NCBI GenBank assembly: GCA_001643675.2
Contig: LSRY02000044.1
Location: 186,001 to 250,000, forward strand
Reading direction: 5' to 3'
Origin: Monocercomonoides exilis PA203
Taxonomy: Eukaryota > Protista > Preaxostyla
DNA: 64,000 nt
The notes beneath the pieces were generated by a model, which saw only the letters and a list, made by a program, of their open reading frames with translations, ran no database searches and had not been told where the DNA came from. A program made the translations under genes and the position numbers. Numbering within the stretch: position 1 is the stretch's first letter; every line of letters starts with the position of its first letter. Positions 36,626-49,282 of this stretch are shown in pieces.

Positions 36626-37774
36626 AATTATCAACTTCGTCTTATCTGTTTCTTGAGTCATCTTCGTAATCCTCTTGTGCATTCTCATGAATAGAAGAAA
36701 GAGAAAACGAATTGAAGGAATAGGCAGATTTTCCTTTGAATTTTCTGATTGGTGAGAGAAAGAAGCTGAACAAAAAGACAAGAATTTCATTCTTCTCTCT
36801 ATCGACATGACTTTTGAGCTCTTCTTCCTTTCATTTTTCAACTTCAGATTTCACTTTGTGTTTGATAATCTTTCTTTTGTCTCAATCCGATTCAACTCCG
36901 ATTTGAATGAGCCAACAATAAATGTTTGTTGGGGATGCACAATGTTGTTGCTGAGCTGAGTCAGTTTTCACTTCAATGTCTTGACAAATTGATAGGCACA
37001 CCAAGCAATTTTTAAAGAAGCTAATGAAAGCTTCTTTCACTCTCTCTCTTCTTTTTCAAGCTTTCAAAACAATTGCACATCATATTATCTTTTTTCTTTT
37101 GTTATTGTTGTTTTTGTAATTCAAAAAATAAAAATGAAAAAAGGCGATTTAAAAACATAAACTTGAAACTTGAAGAAAGCGAGAGCCAACCAAAAATGAT
37201 GGATTGTTCTCGACAAAGACTGAAAAACAAAAATTAAATAAAATTAAATAAAAATAAAATATGGAAAAAGAAACAAAAAATTGATAAATATCAGCTTCAG
37301 TGTCAAACAGGCAAGCTCATTAAAATACAACTGACGGCGAAGTAACACAACACACTTGCTGCAACAGAAAGGATTGCTTTCCATCCAATCATAACAGAAG
37401 ATGCTGTCCCAACGATGCTCCTCTGAAAATCAGCTGTCCAGATACCCTTCAAAGTGCCTAAAACTATCTCACTTCAAAAGAATCGCAGCACGAAGCTAAA
37501 TGTAGCAAAGAGAAAACAAAAAATAATTAAGAAACCGGAGGATGAACACTAGCAATCAACCATTTGCGAATAAATATCGAAGAGGCATGCAAAGCAAAAC
37601 AACTCAAAATCAGACAACAGAAAAAGACTTCAAATTACATTCAAAAATAAACAAAATAAATAAATAATAATAATAATAATATAAAAATAAAAATAAAATA
37701 CGAACAAATAATAAGAAATCGCTTTCTGGTCATAAAGAAGAACCATTTATTGCAACTGGCGCTTCCTGTGCTCC

Positions 37775-40700
37775 TCAGCCCCCGCCTGCCATCAGCCCCA
37801 GCACTCTGTCCCTCGAGTCCAGCAGCATGTTCAGAGCAGACTCCTTCTTTGCCAGCAGCGCTGCTGGCCTCCCTCGCTCAATTATCTCCCCGTCTTCCAC
37901 AACCGCAATCTCGTCGCACTCTGCAATCGTGTCCAGATGGTGTGCAATCACAACCACTGTGCACCCCCGCCTCCGAAGCACCCGCCCCATTGCCTCCACC
38001 ACCCGCCCCTCTTCCTCTCCCCCCATCCGCGATGTCCCCTCGTCCACAACCACAACACGCTCTTCCCCCAACACCGCTCGGCACAGCCACACAAGCTGCT
38101 TCTCTCCTCCACTCAGCTTGCACACCCTTCCTCTACCTCCTCCTTCTCCTCCTTCTCCCTCAGAAATTGCTGATTCCATGCTTGCTCTGTATCCATCGGC
38201 TGCTTCATTTGAAGAAGAAGAAGAAGAAGAAAGGAAGGAGGAAGGTGCCTTGACTGAAGCACTTTCTTCTGCTCCAATTCTTGATTCTGCCAGCGCACCA
38301 TTCACAATCGTGTCCAGCCCCCACCCCATCCTCTCTGCCACAATCTCCTTCAGCCCCACTTCCTCCAGCGCTCTCCAAATCTCCTCGTCGCTCTTCTGAC
38401 CAAAAACATCCACATTCTCTCGCAGCGTCCCTCCCATCAGCGGAGCATCCTGAGGAATAACACACACCTTCCTCCTCAACTCTTCCAGCGCCTCTTCGGC
38501 AATGTTCATCCCATCCAAAAACACACTTCCACGATTCCATTCATCATCATTGTCATCGTCTTCTTCATCATCTTCTTCTTCTTCTGCAACATTGTCACTT
38601 TCCAGAATAGATTTCCTTTTCAAATTGCTTCTTGCTTTCGTTCTGTTTTTCTTTTTTCCTCCTTCTTTCTCTTCCTTTCCCTTCGCGCTTTCTCTCCTCC
38701 CCACCTGTACTGCAAATCCTGTCTCGCCGTCAATCTCATATCTTCCCCTCCGCCTCTTGTCGATCTCCACCAGCCGAACAAGCACTGCCACCAGCGACGA
38801 TTTCCCCGACCCGCTCCGCCCGCAGATCCCCAGCCACTTCCCCTGCTCCACCCCGAACGACACACCCCGCAGCACATACTCCTGCCCTACCCGATACTTC
38901 ATCCACACATCTCTGAATTCCATCCCCAACACTTTGCCTCCCTCTTCCCCTTCCCCTTTCACTTTCCCTTCTTTTCTTCTCTGAGCCAAATCCCTTGCAT
39001 CTGGTGCTTTCACAGAGTCTGCTCTTGATCCACTCTCAGATGAGCCAGAAGCCGAAGAGCAAGCCTGTTCGTTGTTTTCCATTTCCATTCCTGCATTCTT
39101 CTCACATCCCGCGTCCTCTCTGCTGTCTGCACAGTCTGCGCCGGCAAGCGCCACTTGCCGAGGCATCTCGCCTCCTTCGCTGCCCAGCCGCCCCTGCTCC
39201 TCCTGCGGCATCTCCTCTGCGTAGAACAGGATCCGCTGCAGCGCCGTCATCCGCGCATCCAGATCCACCGTCCGCTCCACCAGCGTCTGCCCCAGATGCG
39301 CAAACTCCATCGACGCTGTGATCGCCACCGCAAGCAGCCCCGCACTCATTTCCCACCACCCAATCACCACCACCCCTCCCATAAACACTGCCCCCAGCAG
39401 CGACGTCGTTACCCGCGTCCATCCTCTCCCTTCTCCACTCAGCAGCAGCCGCATCGACCATTCGTCTGTCGCCTTCTCAAAACGCCTCAGCCACTCCTCC
39501 CTCCTTTCCCACTGCCCAATGCTCACAACCCCACTGCTTATTCCCCTGCTCCTCCTTCTCTCCCTTCTCTCCCTTCTCTCCCCTTCGTTTCCTCCCTCCT
39601 CTTCTTCCCCGTCGCTGCAGACCTCGCTCAGCGTCAGCACTGCCGAGCGCCCAATCGACTCCACCCGCTGCAGGTTGCGTGCTGCCCGCCCGTACAGAAC
39701 AAGCACCCCAAAAAACACCCCCAGAGTCGGCACTCCAATCCACAGAAACCACACGCTCGGCACTGCCACCACCACCACCTGCCCCACCACCCCGATCCAG
39801 CACCCCGCCACAGCCACCCCCACACTCACGAGCATCTCGTCAACCATGCTCATGTCCCCGCTCGCCCTGTTCAACACCCGCCCCGCTGGCGTCCTCTCGA
39901 AGAAGCTCATCCGCCCGCCCACAATCGACTTCATCAGCCTCCAGTGCACCTCCACCGAAGACCGTCTCTCCCCCATCCCCGCCATCAATGCCCGCACCAC
40001 ACTCAGCACTAGCTGCACCACAATCGCCCCTCCATACACCCACCCTTTCTGCCCCATCCCCAGCTGCCCCAGCCCCCCTGCTTGATCTTCCTCCCCAATC
40101 ACCCCCAGCCAGCTCTCCCCAAACACTCCCATCCCCTCCGACACCACAATCACTGCCCCAAACACACACAGCCACCCGATCGGAAACAGTGTCCTCAAGT
40201 ACTTCCAATACAAACCCGCTGGAACCCTTCCTGTCGCCTGCTCTTCTGCCGTAATCAGCTTGCTCTTCTCTTTTCTCCTTATCCTTTTCGCTCCCCAACC
40301 AGTCTCACCTCTTCCAATCATCCTCTCTTCTCCATCAAATTCGCCTTCTTTCCCTTCCCCTTCCTCGCATCCCCTATCACTCGCATCGCATCGCACAACT
40401 TCCACCGAATTCACTTCATCCTCATTGGGCTCTATCGAACTGCCTCCACACCCTGCCACCATCGGTGCAACGGCCCGCTCTCCAATTCCCCTTCGCGTTG
40501 GCTGCAGAAGAGGCTCATTTGAGAGCGGTGAAGCAGACAAAAATGAAACTGACTGTGCTGAGTCCATTGGCGAATTCTCTTGCGCGTTTGTCCACACTCC
40601 ACATCCTTCGCAGCTCGGCTGTGTGCATCCGTCGCACTCTGATGGCTTGTTCATCCCATCTTCTGCCATTCCTATCACAACGCGAACTGGCCTCACTTCT

Positions 40701-43700
40701 TTCACTGCTCCGTCTTCTTGCTCTTTAGCTTCCTTCTCCTTCGCCACAGTCAGCATGGCTCTCCTCTTCGCTTCTGCCTCTGCTCTTGCTTCGGCTGCAG
40801 CTGTTTCACACAGCTCACAGCAATCGCACTGTCGTTCTGTGCCGCACAGCTCGCATCCACTTGCTTTGCCCCATTCCGCCCTTTCGCTCTCTTCCAACGA
40901 AGTCATTGCAAAAAGTGGATTCCACTCTTCTGCCTCTCCCTTCCTCTCATTCCAATGCCTATATTCATCTGCATCATCTTCATCATCGTTAATATTCAGT
41001 TTCAAACACTTTCTTTCTTTTTCAAGTTTCACAATTCCTTTCTTCTCTCCCTTATCCGTCTCTTGAATGTTGAGTGAGAATTCTTCTTCTCCTTCATTTT
41101 CTTTGCGGGAACTCTTGTGAAACGAGGATTTAATGTCTGTGCTCCGCAAATGGAAGGTGTGTTCTGATGTGTTGGCACTGCAAATGGCTGGAGAACATGG
41201 CGCCTCGCACAAACAGCCTCCTCCCTCCTTCCGCACAGCCTCTGCCTCTGCCTCTGCCTCCTTCATCCCACACAAAACATCTTCCATGCTTCTCCTCTCC
41301 CGCAAGGCACGCCGCCGCAGCTCAATTTCTGCTTTCGTTCGCCTCCGCCTCCTCGTTCTGCCATCTTCGCCTTCTGCTCTCCTCCCCTTTGCCTCTTTGC
41401 CCCTGCGCCCCATCTCTTCTGCACCCACCGTCTCTTTGACCCACTTCTCCACATCTGCAAACCCTGCCAGCTGCCCACCCGCAAGCACCCCAACATAATC
41501 TGCCACCTCTGCCCACTTCCACTCGCTCGTCGTCATCACCACACACACCCCGCACTCATCCACAAGCACCCCAACAATCCCCTTCGCCATCACCTTCCAT
41601 CCAATGTCCTCGTCCAGCCCACACAGCACATCATCCAGCACAACCACTTTGTGCTCTCTTTCTCTTCCCCTCCCTTCCCCTTCTCTTCTCTCTCTTTTTC
41701 GCTTCACTTCGCACAAGCACTTGTACACAATCCGGCAAAGCTGAATTCGCGCCTTCTGCCCTCCGCTCAGGTTGTCTCCTCCTTCTCCCACCTCCTCAAT
41801 CATCGCATGTCTCTTCTGCCTTCTCTCCTTCTTCGTCTTCTTCCTCCTCCTCCTCCTTTTCATTTCAGTGCATTCACTCTCTTCTTCCTCTTCCTCTTCC
41901 TCTTCCTCTGATTCTTCCAGCTCGACTTCTGCATCCAAGCAGCACGCCTCCACAGCCTTTCGAAGCAGATCCTTGTCCTCCTCTTCTCCAAACACGATGT
42001 TCTCTTTCACCGTCGCACACTCAATAAATGCATTCTGACCGCACAGCAGCACATCTCCATCCGCACGCAGAGAACTAACAGGCACACCTTCAGCATCTAC
42101 CCCTCTCTCAACATCCTCTCCACACTCCAAGCAAACACCTCTATTTTCTGTATCACTTCTTTGTCCATTCAATGCCAATGGCAAATGCAGTTCTGTATCC
42201 TCTGCACCAACACCAACCACTCTCCTTTCTCCTTCCTTCTCTCTCTGCTCCTCCATCCTCTCCCTTGTACACAGCCTCTCTGCCTTCAGCTCCATCGCCT
42301 TCAGCTCCATCGCCACTGCACGCTTCACCCGCTCTTTCGTCATCACTTCCCGCATCTGCCCGCTCAGCGCGTTGCACAGCGCTGTTTTCCCTGATCCCAC
42401 TCCTCCCACCACAACTGCCACGCTCTCCCGGCGCATGCGCAGGTTCATTCCGCTCAGCTGAAACACAGACTGCCTCGAGCGCACCGATGGAAATGGCAAA
42501 TCTGTTGACGCTTGACACGAGCACTCGTCCTCAAACAGTGGCGTCTTCATCGCTGTTGCCCCGGTTGACCTGATCGCAACTGGAGCAAGTTCGCTTTTCG
42601 CAGACGCAGAATCATCACTTGCTGCTGAAAGCAAAGGTGGAGAAAGTGAAGAAGCTGGCACGAAAGCAGTCGCCTGAGAATGTTTGCCCGCAAGCTGCTC
42701 TGTTTCGGGGGACAGTGCAGCATTGTCGGCTCCTGTGGCACTCGCTCCATCCTCACAAGTCGCAGAATCCATTACTTCGTCTTTAGCCGCAACTGCTGCT
42801 GTTCGCATTTCTGATGTTGTTGCTGTGCTTGCAGACAGTTCTGCCCCTTCCCAAAGCATCTCCTTCCTCAGCCCCAGCGATGCCAAATCCACATCCTCAG
42901 CATCTGCCTCATTCCACACAAAGCATCCGTTCCTCATTTCCAATGCAATTTCTTCTCTCTCTCTCATCTCTTCATCCTCCATTTCACCACCAGCATCATC
43001 AGCATCATCATCTATCCTCGCCTCTCCACCACCTTCATTTTCCTTTTTTGTTTCTTTCTCTTTCTCTTTCTCAATCAACGCCTTCACCACCATCCTCCAG
43101 TGCTCCTTCATCCGCTGCTCCTCCCCTTGCTCTGCCCACTCCTCCGCCAGCCATCTCTCAACACGCCGCTCCCCAGCCCACACAAGCCCTGCTGCCTGCG
43201 CCCATTCCCCCATCTCTGTCGCTGGCTCCGTCATCTGCGCCTGATATCCCAGTATCGGCATCACACGCACTGCAAACCACCGCCCGTCCACCCCGCCCTG
43301 CCCAAGAAGCACCCCAATCGTCGCCCCATTCACCAGCCCCGGCACAGCACTCATCACCGCCTGCGCTGCCTGCTGCCACCCCGTCGCCCGCCCTATCTCC
43401 ACTGCCTGCGCTGCCCGCACCCTCCCCACTGCCTCGCTCATCCGCCGCTCCAGCCCTCCCATCTTGATCGTCCGCATCCCCTTCACCACCTCTCCTATCC
43501 CCTTCACCCTCCCGTCGTTCATCCTCAAATACGACCTCATCCCGCGCTCCATCGCAACACTCATGCCCCCAAACACACACACGCACACCCCCATCACCGC
43601 CACCCCAACCCACGTAACCCACCCGAATCCTCGCACAACAAACACCAGCGGCACCACCAACTGAGCTGGCATCCACACAATCGACGGCAGCAGCGGAAAC

Positions 43701-44671
43701 AGCTCGCTCATGTTCCGCAGGTCAACTGACAATATCGAGGCCACACTCCCTCTGTATCCCCCTGTCCCTGCCCCTGCCCCTTCCATTTCGTTTCCTCCTC
43801 TTTCTCTCCCTCTTTCTGTTCTTTTTTCATTCAAGCCTGTGTGGCGCTTCGCCTTCAGCGCACGCTCCATCAGCGCATACGACAGAGCCCCGCGCATCGA
43901 AATTGCATAGTGCTGCAGATTCCTCTGCGCCCATGCATCAAACAGCCCGTGCACAAAAGGCAGCACAATCAGAAGCACCCCACTGGCAACTGGAAATGCT
44001 CTGCTCCCATCCTCCTCCTTTTCTGCAACTGCCTCCAGAACAAGCCCCATCATGGTGGGCTGCAGAATGTGACTCGCCGTACTAATGCAATGCGAATTCA
44101 ACAATAATTCAAAATTTTTTTCAGAATTTCATTTTAAAAATCAGACAAAAAAAATTATAAAATAAACATGAAACAATGAATCAAAAAATAAATATTTTCG
44201 CTAAATAGCATACTGCAGCCCCAATAGCACTATCGCAAGAACAAGTCTGGATGAAGGCATGTCCAGAAGCATCAGCTTCATCAGAGAAGGCGCTGAGGGC
44301 TTTTTCGTCTTTTTCTTGCCGCTCGCCCCACGCTCCCTCCTGTACCTCTCCAACTCCATCTCATACTCTCCCCACCGTTTGTCCCATTTGGCAACCAATT
44401 GCTTCGCCTTCTCTCTGCACTTGTCCTCCTCGCTCAGCCACGGAATGTCTTTTTCTGTCACTGGCTTGACTCGGCAAACAAACGGGTAGAAAAAGCAAAA
44501 CAGCACGTTCAAAAACCATGCCGACTGTGACTCCCGGTTTTTCGGGCGCTTGTACTCTTCCTCCCCTCTCTCTCCATGCACAAATCCCAAATCCTCTTTT
44601 TTCCTCGTCCTTTTCTCACCGTCGCGCATTTCATCAATATCCTCCGAAACACTCCGAATGTCTTCTCTCAT
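37775..44671 (-). CDS. ABCC/MRP-type full ABC transporter, two exons (44671-44214 and 44081-37775)
   Basis: NBD1 GGVGSGKT, LSGGQKARI, VVVLDD; linker EEQATGRV...YWKY; FFERTPAGRVLNR; NBD2 GRSGSGKSS, IPQD, LSGGEKQL, VVVVDEGTS, IAH. A GTATGC...TTAG intron at 44082-44213 preserves the frame. Confidence 0.93.
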
Positions 44672-45400
44672 GGCTATTTTTTTCTTCTGGATTATTCAAC
44701 GCCACAGCGCAAGCAAAAGAGAAGATTTGAATAATTCGTATTTGTCCCACAACATTTATCTTGCATATAACGAAAAAAAAAAAAGAAATATAATTTTAAT
44801 ATTGTTGTTGAAAAAAGCTATTTGCATGTCAAAACAAAGATAGATGTTTTTGTGCAAGATTCAAATTGAAATTATATTTTTCTAAAATTCATTTTGATTT
44901 CTTTTCAAAAAACGTTCTTTTTTTCTCTGTTGAATGAACAGCATCTGATTATTTAAGAAAGATCAAAAAAAGAAAAGAAAAGAAAAAGAAAAAAGTAATT
45001 TTTTTTTAAAGAAATTGCTGAAATGCAAAAAGGAGCACATTTCTGAAAAGGAAAGCAAAGAATGAAATTATTTTTATTTTCACTCTTTCTTTTCGTGCCT
45101 TCCGCTGCCTTCTGCCAAACATGCTCGCAATTTCCATCTGCAAAATCGAGATGTTTCACATGCTTGTCAGACGCGTTTCCTTCTTCCCCACAATCATTTC
45201 CTGCCTCTCCTTCTTTTTCTCCTCTTCCTTTTGTTCTCTTTCTCGAACGAGTTGCCATTCGTCCCAATAACCATCCTTCTGCAAAAATGAACAGCGCAGA
45301 ACAAAAGGCACAAAACGCATTGATGAAATCGAATGTTCTCGTTTGTCTCGGGTGAATCATCGATTTGGGCTATCCAATGGCTGCCAATTGAGATAACTCA

Positions 45401-45460
45401 AAAAGACACCTCTAAAAAAGACACCTCAAAAAAAGACATCCCAAAAAAGACAGCCAAAAA
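45401..45460. repeat. Four imperfect 15-bp tandem repeats (AAAAGACACCTCWAA)
   Basis: Directly visible just downstream of the Ska-like gene stop. Confidence 0.8.
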
Positions 45461-45502
45461 TGCCTTTCATCAAAAGTGTTGCAATTCCTCCTCTTCGCGC
45501 TG

Positions 45503-45695
45503 TCAGCAGGGAGAGTATCGCACAACCCCTCCACTCGAAAACCCCTTCAGCAGCTGCAGTGCTGTCAGCGCCATCACAATCGTCTTACCTTTTGTGCCTG
45601 CCCAAGCAACCATCACCCCAGTTTCCAGACGCCCACACCAAAGTCAATGCACATAAATAACAGAGAACAAATCATCAATTTAATGTTTAAGAACG

Positions 45696-45736
<41 letters not shown>

Positions 45737-47048
45737 AAAGTCAACAAAGAGAAAATACAAAGGCAATCAAAAATCATCACATTTGTTTCGAGTTAAAAAT
45801 TGTGAATTCAAAGGCAATTCCCAAAACACAAAACGAAACACCAAACGAAATACAAAAAACAAACCTGACTCAAAAATCTCCAGCAGCTCGTCTGACGTGA
45901 AGGAAACACTCCTCCTCTCTTCCTCTGCCCCTGCTTGTCCTTCTTCTCCCTTTTCTTCGTCTGCCTTGCCTATTTCCCCGTTCTGCCTCTGCTCATCTGC
46001 AATTGCCCTGTTCAGCAGCTCAATCTTCCTGTTCAGTTCTTCCACCGTAAGGCTCCTCCTCAGCCGCCAAGGCAGCGCCCCAAACTCCATCTCGCTCACC
46101 TCCTCCACCACACACGCTCCTTTCCCTCTTTTCCCTTCCTCCCAGCCCCGCTGCTCCTTTGCCCCTTGGCTCGCACCATCCTCCCTCTTTTCCATTCCTG
46201 CAACGCTCCTTTCCTCACTGCCCAATCGATCCTGCTCGCCCTCGTCCTTCCTCCCCTTTGTTTCTCCCACACACCTTGTTGTGCCATCAGAGTTTCCAAG
46301 CGAATCCCTGGCTTTGTAGATGCACTTTGAGCCATTCATGTTCATGGTCGAAGAACAGCTCCTTCTTTCCTCCAGCCCCAGACGCAGCGCAGATGGTGCT
46401 TCCAAGCTCATCTGCTGCACTGCGCGTTCCTCCGCAGAACGGGCAGACGCGCTCTGCCACACGCTTCTGCACCCACCATTTGCCTTTTCTTCAAGCAGCC
46501 CAACCTCCTCGGGCGTCTGAAACTCTTCCAGCATCCCTGCGCCTCCTCTTGGAGTGCCAAAAAACTGTGGCTGCAGCGTGTGCCGCCTTCTCGGCTGAGG
46601 CTGCAGGAAAAACGGCTCCATCCCCGGGGCTTCTGGAATGGCAGCCCCTTTTCTAAAATAATCAAAAACAGAAAGAAAAAGAGCAAAGCCAAACAGCACG
46701 GTTGTTTGTTTGGCAGCAAAACAAAAAGTTCACTAAAGTTTCAGTAAAACAGAAAAACATAGCAAACAGTCTGAGGCAATTAACGCAACATTGCAATCCC
46801 CTGTTCGTCGACTCCACTGAGCTGCTCACGATACCCACTGCTTCCTCCAGCTGCCCCCGCGCCTGCTCTCTCCGTTGCAGCTCGTTTATTCCGTCCTGCA
46901 GCTCCTGCGCTTCTTCCTTGAACAAAACGCGAATTCCTCCTGCCTTCAGCTGCAACGTTTTCGGGATCCCCATGCCCTCTTCAACCTGCTTAATCTTTGC
47001 ATCTATCTCCCTCATCAGCGTCTCCATCTCGCAAAATGCACTGCTCAT
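45503..47048 (-). CDS. Ska1/Ska3-like spindle and kinetochore-associated protein, three exons (47048-46768, 46652-45865, 45597-45503), 387 aa
   Basis: Phase-compatible GTTTG...AG introns; N-terminal coiled coil; C-terminus VSEMEFGALPWRLRRSLTVEELNRKIELLN...FTSDEL...GTKGKTIVMALTALQLLKGFSSGGVVRY resembles the Ska C-terminal domain as I recall it. Confidence 0.65.
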
Positions 47049-49282
47049 CTTGTGTATTGTTCCAAAATGTTTTATTTATTTATTTCAATTGAAAAGTGCT
47101 TTTGCCATTAGGGTAAAATTGATCAAAATGCTTGACAATGAAATATTCAAAAAACCTTTGATTTTCCCCATAATCAATAAATGATATTTATTACATTCAA
47201 AAAATGGATGATTTGTTGAATTGTTTTTTTATTTCCGTTTCAAAACAAAATTTGATCAAAAATGTGGTATTTTTTATTTAATTTTCATTAAAGATTCTCA
47301 AAAAAAAATTATGATTGACATTTATTTTTCAAATGAAGAAATGAAGAAATCAAATTTTTTTTATGTTGAATATTTTTTAAATGTTCTTTTGATGTAGAAT
47401 TTTGTCATTGATAAAACTATTCTGGTGATGAAGAAATAAAACTTGTGAATCATTATTAACTGAACAGATCATGAACGATATTTAGCTCATCATTCTTTGA
47501 ACTGTATATGTTTTATTGCTCAGCAAAATTATGTGTTGCTGTTCATCATTTAAATATTAATGAAAAGAAACCATTCAATAAAATTCTTTAAAAATTAAAT
47601 TCACAGAACGTCGTTAATGAAACTCACTAAATTGGAAAATTGAAACATATGCGTTATTCTTTTTGAAAAGTTACAAATGTTGAATTAACAAAATTTTTTG
47701 AAATTTTCATGTCTTGATAGAAATTTCGTTGACACGCACAAATCTTCACTTATTATGAATCGATTTCTTATCAATGTTATTTCATTCTCTCTTGTGAAAA
47801 TTCGTGAGCAGGAAAATAAATTTGATCAAGATATGAATATATTTTTTTCATGACTATTTAATATTTGCAACTTTTCAAAAAGAAAAATACGCATAGGTGA
47901 TTCTTTTTGAAATCATAACTTTTTTCGGTGTGCTGTTTTTTCAAAGATTGTTTGTAATTTGGAAAAGATTTTTCATTCAAGTTTTTTGAACATCAGAACA
48001 GTTTTAAAAACAAATATTTAAGCTCAATTGAAGCCATGGACTTATGAAAATACATATTCTCTTTACTATGTTCATTTGTTAATATTCATGGGAGTTTTTT
48101 CCAACCGAAATTTTTGAATGGAAAATTTCAACATCAAAAACAAACACACACATGCACTATTTAATGTTTGTTCCAAAAAAAGAACTGATTCATAGAATTA
48201 TGTGTTTTTCCATTTGAAAAGTTGTTTTTGATAAATTTTCAAGTGAAGCAAGTAATTCATTTTAATGATAAACAATTTAAACATTTTTGTCAAACATAGC
48301 TGAAATGAAAATCATTTGGGGATTAATAAAATCTTCAAACTTTTTCATTGAATATTTATGCACTGTTAATTTCCTTTTTGTGAACTGGAATTATCAACAA
48401 AATTGGTTCATTTTATGATATCCTTGTGCTGTCATTAAACAAAATGTAATTATATCAATGAAGTCTTTTTTCAATTATGAAAATTTGATATCTTTTGGCA
48501 TTTGAAAAAGTTTTGAAAAGTTATGAGTGGTTCAAATATTCAAAACTTTTGTGCAAAAATTGCTTATTAATCTTAATTTTTCCCCATTTTATGTTTATTT
48601 AAATTGTTCAGTGGCTTATAAACTTTAACTGTCATGAAATTCAATTCTATTCGTTTGTTTTTTAAACAAAAAAAAAAAAAAATAAAATAAAAAAAAAAAA
48701 AAGAAGAAGAAGAAGAAGAAAAAGAAAAAGAAAAAAGAAAAATAATTTGAAAAATCAAACTCTCAAACTTTCACATATTTATCAAACAATTAAAAATATG
48801 TGTTGGGATAATGTTCCAACTTTTGTTTAACTCAAAAATGTGGAAAATAGTTTTTTTTAACTTCTGAGTAATTTAATTTTAAATAACTTTTAATTTGTTT
48901 CCAGATCAACATAACAACTTCTAATTTTGATGAAATTATTGTTTTCTCATTCTTTGTTATTTCAGAATGGAAATAAAAACTTGACAACTTTTTTATATTC
49001 ACTCGAGTGAAACTTCATGAGTGGAAGCATAAATTTGATTAAAAATAGTAACAACAAAATATGAGAAAAAAACACGACAAATGTTTTTTTAAAAAAAATA
49101 AAAACAAAAATAAAATAAATACAAATGATTTAATTTTCACATATAAAATTTATTCACTATTATTTTTGAGGAGAAGAAAGAACAAAACATAAAATTTCTT
49201 GGTCAAAATATACAAAAGATGCAAATGTTTTAAAAAAAAAGTCTTCTAATACAATTTCTGACAATTGTTCAAAAAACTATCT

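Noticed and set aside
26416-44107. Numerous + strand ORFs overlapping the receptor and ABC genes
   Set aside because: Antisense shadows of long, compositionally skewed CDS; low-complexity products.
44953-45360. Small gene between the ABC and Ska-like genes
   Set aside because: No recognisable domain; could be UTR or intergenic sequence.
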